Notes under the pieces: model-generated
Seen by the model: only the letters and a program-made list of their open reading frames with translations
Databases searched by the model: none
What the model was told of the DNA's origin: nothing
Made by a program: the position numbers and the translations under genes
Part shown: positions 45,601-49,704 of the stretch, piece by piece
Position numbering within the stretch: the stretch's first letter is position 1
How the letters are laid out: each line of letters starts with the position of its first letter
Virus record (IMG/VR): IMGVR_UViG_2703718837_000001
Length of the DNA: 49,704 nucleotides
Strand: one strand, 5' to 3'
Source of the DNA: a virus
Lineage: Duplodnaviria; Heunggongvirae; Uroviricota; Caudoviricetes

Positions 45601-46069
45601 GCCAGTTGAGGAGGCGCGTCCGGTGGCCAGCAACTCAAGTTACTTTGACCAACTCGGTGCACAAATGGGGATTGATGGGCTGTATGACAAACTCATTAAT
45701 ACCCGGGGAATGCGCTCAAATAATTCTCCTCAACCAGCTTCCACGTCCCAGATGACGACTGTCGCCAACGATTTGCAGCAACCAACCGGTCGTATGCAGA
45801 TAGACGGGCAGGTTATTAGTGACCTTGGCGGTTCCGGTGCCAAGCCGACAATGCAGTTGGCTGATAATACCGTTTCACTTGATGGTGAAACGAAGCGGCT
45901 GTTTGCGCAGATGACCTCATTGCTTGCCAGGATTGAAGAGCACACCAAAGACTCGGCGAAAGGCCAGGGAACTGTCGTAAAGGTCAGCACGCCTCAGCCG
46001 GGCGTTATGCGCACGGTACCACTGTCAATTGATGATCCGTTGATGAATGACTACGCGAGAGTTGATTGA
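42677..46069 (+). CDS. sit: Sit: tape-measure-like structural injection protein with a lytic transglycosylase domain
   Basis: 1130 aa. Long Ala/Gly/Lys-rich helical N-part. SLT motif LYAIAATESGGNPYAKSQTGALGMFQF...AYNAG (catalytic Glu in TES). Confidence 0.9.
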   Translation: MERKNANIDDVIRTVETASAKELEELAGIREAVEDLKGGRVATVDPVSRSVSALNRTIENSRPDFVANAPSVDPIVEAMKRLNLGDVSRVVQEDVALQEPQAKSTTRKGKKRRRKAIPEDVKAQRTEAAEHAREMFGQKGGAQKSQNQRDARGRFIGKSGSKAAAEDARAERAEKARRKEDDERLNAESGLLKKLSKVAEGIGNPSETRAVDALGYAVAGPLWAAGKELGGISKEVGGSLNGARKSIADVIRGNDDNSRKKGFFRRKSQSSADVVQVNTQKRTVQELQDQTSEIKEGNDKILSALEQIAKNTGKKKGGLLSKLFSLLGKGAGGVASLLMGRGMLKKAGALAFGALGAKRLVGMLRGGGKKTLAHEGGDLAARAAGKLGLKAVGKGALRAIPLVGTVAGGIYDAVTGWNDTEAQRRAFGLKSGQDPSFQQKAAYTLANVLDMGGLVSGISSAIGEVLKSLGFEDIGNMLQSFSTESIAQAIDSGITNLETYISNLGDTISTKFDDYTAKIGDAVSAWFSDTSNKLLEKLDAIKDFFTVDNLKQVFSDAIDSAIDFIKNPGKHIKEAAGNIWDGVKNLPGKALDAAVDAVKNTPAAMIVSKIPNPIGEANAKEITPELKAPVNSHQETSDSKTESDAKQTNIATRVINAALDTAKDSNKTVKETANQIINANAVETGNSAVRKIDSAIGQNSSSSSSLNTTGTRNDIQKAADTYNNGNLDVKVGSLGAEGKANLDKLAPYFAELENKYGLPEGTLYAIAATESGGNPYAKSQTGALGMFQFTGIAREETGLAEGESFDPVKSAEAAALLMSKYLKQANGDLNEAITAYNAGFGTINKWKKGTGDLSKENREYAIKVNTHRARYLGGEIYTPGAGAQGGAQYGVRGPLPDNAVIDQSTGLAFTLGDSPFEKGGLVDKIGNAVGVNDLVNKFMNGRGMRREVVQGTLEERARGKGTATAAGNVYVDTPMPVEEARPVASNSSYFDQLGAQMGIDGLYDKLINTRGMRSNNSPQPASTSQMTTVANDLQQPTGRMQIDGQVISDLGGSGAKPTMQLADNTVSLDGETKRLFAQMTSLLARIEEHTKDSAKGQGTVVKVSTPQPGVMRTVPLSIDDPLMNDYARVD

Positions 46070-46425
46070 TGGCCAACAATAACGAAATTGATCCTTTGCT
46101 GACGCTGGAGTTATCCGGCGTAAAAACGTATGAGTCCCAGGAGGAGGCCTGGGGCGCTCGTTTATATGAGTGGCTAAACACTTATCAGGGTGAGGTATAC
46201 GGAGATCCGTCATGGGGCAATGTTTTACCGCAGTTTAAACACGAACCGACCAACTTGTCGCATGTTCAAATTGCGGTTGAGGCAATGCTGTTGCAAAAAC
46301 TGACGGTAGATTTACCTGACATACCGATTTCTGGCTTGTCAGTAGCCGAGGGAGATGCTTTTGATAAGTTGAAAATATCCATTCGTATCAGGGATATAAC
46401 TATCACACAGGACGTGGTGCTATGA
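46066..46425 (+). CDS. Baseplate wedge protein, gpW/gp25-like (position of P1 pmgA)
   Basis: 119 aa, ATGA overlap with sit. Size and position typical of gp25/W. Confidence 0.6.
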   Translation: MMANNNEIDPLLTLELSGVKTYESQEEAWGARLYEWLNTYQGEVYGDPSWGNVLPQFKHEPTNLSHVQIAVEAMLLQKLTVDLPDIPISGLSVAEGDAFDKLKISIRIRDITITQDVVL

Positions 46426-47855
46426 GTAAAACAACACCGACTAAAGACAGTATTCGTGCAGAGTTTGAAGAGCTTGTCGAGAAAGATTCATTCTGGTCGA
46501 AGTTTGTCGGCTCTCAATTTGTCTCGATGCTGACATTGTTTATTACCCAGATTGTCTACAGGTGCTTTCAGTATGCCGATGCGGCGCTGGCTGAAGGCTT
46601 TATATCGACCGCGACGCGGCGTTCCTCTATCCTGGCAGCGGCAGAAACGAATAGTTACGTTGGTACCAAGCCAACACCGTCATCGGGGATGATTGAGATC
46701 ACCGCCACAAGTGAAGATGCCCCAGCGGTAATCCCCAAAAACATGCCTTTAATATCTGACGACCAGTACCCTTACATGACTATGGATGTATGCAGGTTGG
46801 TTGACGGCACCGGTACGGTAGAAGTGGCACAGTTGGAAATCCAGGAGGTGACATATACCGTTACGGCAGCCAAAGAATTTCTGGAAGTCGTGTTATCAAA
46901 GGCTCTCACTGCTGTCTGCTATAAGCTGGAAGTATTCGTGACGACCGATGGTAAGACCACGCAGTGGTCTTCCAGCACTATGTTCCGGTTAGCCGGTAGT
47001 AAAAGCCAGGTCTACGTTGAGTTTTATAAACCATCCGAGCAGTTGGGGGTTCGATTCGGTGATGGGCTAATTGGGCAAATACCGCCAGAAGGCTCGACCA
47101 TTACACTTAAGGTATGGTGCACCAACGGAGATATAACCTTGGTTGCTGGCCAAAATCTGACGCCTGTCGATTCTGCGGCTAATTTAGCTAATTTGATTTC
47201 AGTTAAGACAACGACACCCATAACCGCAGGTACCGATGCCGAAACAACGGAGATCACACGTAATCGTGCACAATATTACCTTGCCTATGATGATCAGGTC
47301 GTATGGGGCGGGGACTATACGTATTTTCTGGTGCGTAACATCCCGGGACTGTCCTGGGTAAAGGCATGGGGCGAAGGCCAGCAAGAGAAATTAGATGGTG
47401 CTTATAATGTTCGGAATATCAATAAGATATTTATTTCAGGATGGCATCCAAACAAAAGCCAGTCAGAGCTTGAAGAAATGATCCTGGCTGCTTTTAAGAA
47501 GGTGCCGAATGAGTTGAACAAGAAATTCTCGTATAAAGAGGTCAGAAAACTACCCTTTAAGATCACCATCACTGGGCGGATATCGGCAAGCCTGACCATT
47601 GAGAACGTGACCGATGAGCTGAAGTCGGCACTGGAAACAAAATTTGGGCGCGACTCAACTTTCTTTGATCCGAACCGCGTCGGAAAGTACATCCTGATTA
47701 AGAAAAAAGACGTTTGGGCGTTTATCGAAACGCTGGGTTATTTCCGCGACTTTTATCTGGAATTTGTCGAGTGGAATGAGTCCAACGGCTTTTACGATTT
47801 CGTCTATCTGGATACAGAAAACTCCACCTTTAATATTTCGTATGAGGATGAGTGA
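46422..47855 (+). CDS. bplA: Baseplate J-like protein (P1 bplA position)
   Basis: 477 aa, ATGA overlap on both sides. Follows the W-like gene as in the P2/Mu W-J order. Confidence 0.65.
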   Translation: MSKTTPTKDSIRAEFEELVEKDSFWSKFVGSQFVSMLTLFITQIVYRCFQYADAALAEGFISTATRRSSILAAAETNSYVGTKPTPSSGMIEITATSEDAPAVIPKNMPLISDDQYPYMTMDVCRLVDGTGTVEVAQLEIQEVTYTVTAAKEFLEVVLSKALTAVCYKLEVFVTTDGKTTQWSSSTMFRLAGSKSQVYVEFYKPSEQLGVRFGDGLIGQIPPEGSTITLKVWCTNGDITLVAGQNLTPVDSAANLANLISVKTTTPITAGTDAETTEITRNRAQYYLAYDDQVVWGGDYTYFLVRNIPGLSWVKAWGEGQQEKLDGAYNVRNINKIFISGWHPNKSQSELEEMILAAFKKVPNELNKKFSYKEVRKLPFKITITGRISASLTIENVTDELKSALETKFGRDSTFFDPNRVGKYILIKKKDVWAFIETLGYFRDFYLEFVEWNESNGFYDFVYLDTENSTFNISYEDE

Positions 47856-48691
47856 TGCAGCGTTCCTGGTTTAATAACCGGCTTACATCAGCTAAGCAAA
47901 AGTCATTGCTCTATAAATCATTGGCTGATTTGGTTCAGTCAATGATGGACACCTTTGTTGACCCATGGTTGGAGCGAATTACCAACCGGAAGTCTATTTT
48001 CTCCATGAGCAAGGAAGATCTGGAGACTAGGACAAATGAACTTGGCCAGTTCTTTACTATCAGAACCTCGAACTCATCTTCCGTTCCGATGTTGTTACAA
48101 CAGCGGTTTGATGAGATCCATTTTAAGGGTACTGAACGCCCTATAAACCAGACAATTTATCGCGAATTTAACGGTATATCGGTTTTATGGGATCCCATAT
48201 ATGCTCCGGTGGACTTTGAACGTCATCCCTATGGCACGGTCCTGATTCCAGAAAGCACACTGGAAACCACCGGCGGCACATTCGGCGAGATGTTTCTGAC
48301 TTCCAGAGGAATGATCAGTATTCCCATAAACGACCTGGCCCGGACAATGGGTATTACTGGAACGATAGATCAGTCCGCAATTACAGAAGAAATTCTCAGA
48401 AAGTTTAATCAGTTCGTAAAGCCTCTACTACCACTGCATATAGTGTTTGATGGGCTTACGCTCTATTTGTCGGTTGTTGTAAATGAACAGGCCGACATGA
48501 TCACTTTGAATGAGATTTCTGATACCGAAAAAGCATTCTGCTGGTTTGAAACTTCGGATACAACTTCGCTTACAGGAGTTACGTCGATTAGCGCCCCGAT
48601 CACCGCAACGCCGGGCGGCACTATTGTGAAAGCGACACCTACGTTTGATCGCACCCGCGCAGATGATTTGTTGCTGGATAGCGATGCCTGA
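47852..48691 (+). CDS. Baseplate/tail-fibre-attachment protein (position of P1 gene 16)
   Basis: 279-aa ORF, coupled start. Followed by the GC-rich hairpin at 48695-48719. Confidence 0.6.
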   Translation: MMQRSWFNNRLTSAKQKSLLYKSLADLVQSMMDTFVDPWLERITNRKSIFSMSKEDLETRTNELGQFFTIRTSNSSSVPMLLQQRFDEIHFKGTERPINQTIYREFNGISVLWDPIYAPVDFERHPYGTVLIPESTLETTGGTFGEMFLTSRGMISIPINDLARTMGITGTIDQSAITEEILRKFNQFVKPLLPLHIVFDGLTLYLSVVVNEQADMITLNEISDTEKAFCWFETSDTTSLTGVTSISAPITATPGGTIVKATPTFDRTRADDLLLDSDA

Positions 48692-48769
48692 CAATCACCC
48701 CGTCCGCAGGGCGGGGTGACAAGTTACTTCTCTTACAATGTGGTTCCACAACGTTGATTAAGGAAAATC

Positions 48770-49204
48770 ATGTCTGACGTCTCAACAAACCTCTATAAGA
48801 GTCAGTTGTTGGACTATTACTATCAGCGGCGCGCTGAATCGTCCATTAACAAAGGCTCTCGATTTTTAATCAGCAAGGCCGTTTTCGGTACCAGTTCGCT
48901 GGTTACTAAGAAAGGAGATGGCACTTATGAGATTGGAGAACTGCCAAAGGCTTTCGATCTGGCAGAACTGACCAGTCAATTTTGCACCATCAACCTCGTG
49001 CCAACCTACTCAGGTGGGACAATTACTGTCCGAATGGACCTTGATCAAAGCCAGTTGCAGGAAGGGAAAAACTACCCATTCAACACTCTGGTTGTTCTGG
49101 ATAACGAGAACAAGCCAATCGCCATTATTTGTGTCCAGGAAGACTCGCTGTATGTGGGCAAAACATATACCGCAGTTATGGCCATAAACACGACTACAGC
49201 ATAA
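48770..49204 (+). CDS. R: Tail fibre-associated protein R
   Basis: 144-aa ORF immediately upstream of S, as in P1. RBS aaggaaaatcATG. Confidence 0.65.
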   Translation: MSDVSTNLYKSQLLDYYYQRRAESSINKGSRFLISKAVFGTSSLVTKKGDGTYEIGELPKAFDLAELTSQFCTINLVPTYSGGTITVRMDLDQSQLQEGKNYPFNTLVVLDNENKPIAIICVQEDSLYVGKTYTAVMAINTTTA

Positions 49205-49215
49205 GGATATGCTTG

Positions 49216-49704
49216 ATGAATGACGTTACAGTTGTCACATCGGTTACTTACCCATCACCCGAGTCGTTGGCTCTGGTGGCTGATGTGCAATACCACGAAC
49301 CATATCTGTCAGCCGCGCTAAACCGAAAATTCAGGGGAATTGTTGATCCTGGATTTTATGCCGGTTTCTTGCCTAAGCCTGGTGGTGGGATGAACCTGTT
49401 AATCACCTCAGTGGATGGTGATAAAACCGCTGGCGCGGCGTCAGTGGATGTAGGTGAATTCTACCAGGTAACTATTCAGCACCGTAAGGATATTTCTCTT
49501 GCACTTAGCGCAGGTAAGAAATATGCAATTGTTCTGAAGGGAAGATACCTCCTTGGAGAAGATACCTATCAGGTGAATATCGCGTCACATATTTATGCGG
49601 CCGAATTTGTTGCCAGAACCTATACCGATTCATATCAGTTAGGAGATGGGGAGCTGCTTGTTTGTACGGTGAATATCCCTGCTGGTTGGATTTGCCCCTA
49701 TATT
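49216..49704 (+). CDS. S: Tail fibre protein S, N-terminal constant part (partial, continues past the window end)
   Basis: ATG 49216, MNDVTVVTSVTYPSPESLALVADVQYHEPYLSAALNRKFRGIVDPGFYAGF..., open to the window end (163 codons). Recognised as the P1 S N-terminus. Confidence 0.75.
   Translation, partial: MNDVTVVTSVTYPSPESLALVADVQYHEPYLSAALNRKFRGIVDPGFYAGFLPKPGGGMNLLITSVDGDKTAGAASVDVGEFYQVTIQHRKDISLALSAGKKYAIVLKGRYLLGEDTYQVNIASHIYAAEFVARTYTDSYQLGDGELLVCTVNIPAGWICPYI

Noticed and set aside
43087-46213. Antisense ORFs within sit (43543..43890, 44218..44697 and others), and similar ones within other structural genes (8826..9323, 32298..33029, 22480..22830)
   Set aside because: They lie opposite-strand within well-supported long genes, have no RBS, and have low-complexity Ser/Ala/Pro-rich products.
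48695-48739. The GC-rich hairpin plus GTGAC...TACAAT upstream of R as a fourth late promoter of the same class
   Set aside because: GTGAC is 13 nt rather than 6 nt from the candidate -10, and the inverted repeat is a GC-rich terminator-like stem (TCACCCCG..CGGGGTGA) unlike the AT-rich arms of the other three. A promoter for R-S probably exists here, but I cannot place it confidently.

Overview
The window is a contiguous stretch of a P1/P7-type temperate phage-plasmid, inverted relative to the usual P1 map. Recognisable backbone, left to right: the pmg/ppp early region; a six-gene tail/baseplate operon (P1 genes 26-25-7-24-6-5 by synteny); dmt-hrdC; an Rz/Rz1-type spanin pair; the complete plasmid replicon (oriR with DnaA boxes, GATC cluster and 5 incC iterons, repA, 9 incA iterons); parA-parB-parS; head/sheath genes 23 and 22 with 21-pmgG-bplB-pmgF; repL-kilA; the immI module (ant-icd-c4, Op51); and the tail tube/sit/baseplate/R/S operon. 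C1-operator sites (ATTGCTCTAATAAATTT-like) and a recurrent late-promoter-like motif punctuate the operons. Low-GC cargo breaks the backbone in five places. (1) 1-2250: a FimB/E-like recombinase divergent from a secreted adhesin-like gene, plus an 820-bp AT-rich tract with C-tract repeats. (2) 12.3-17.5 kb, where P1 carries ban/tRNA/tci: two small ORFs, a truncated glycosyltransferase, a truncated tRNA, an orphan 311-aa protein ending in an SSB C-terminal-tip mimic, structured non-coding DNA and a solo TnpB. (3) A 341-aa LAGLIDADG intein splitting the catalytic PCQ motif of Dmt. (4) 33.9-35.0 kb: a translationally coupled DUF3800-like pair. (5) A SlyB-like lipoprotein plus secreted coiled-coil cassette where P1 has sim. 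A candidate type I toxin ORF lies between ant and kilA. All calls come from reading the sequence and from memory of P1 biology; no searches were run.
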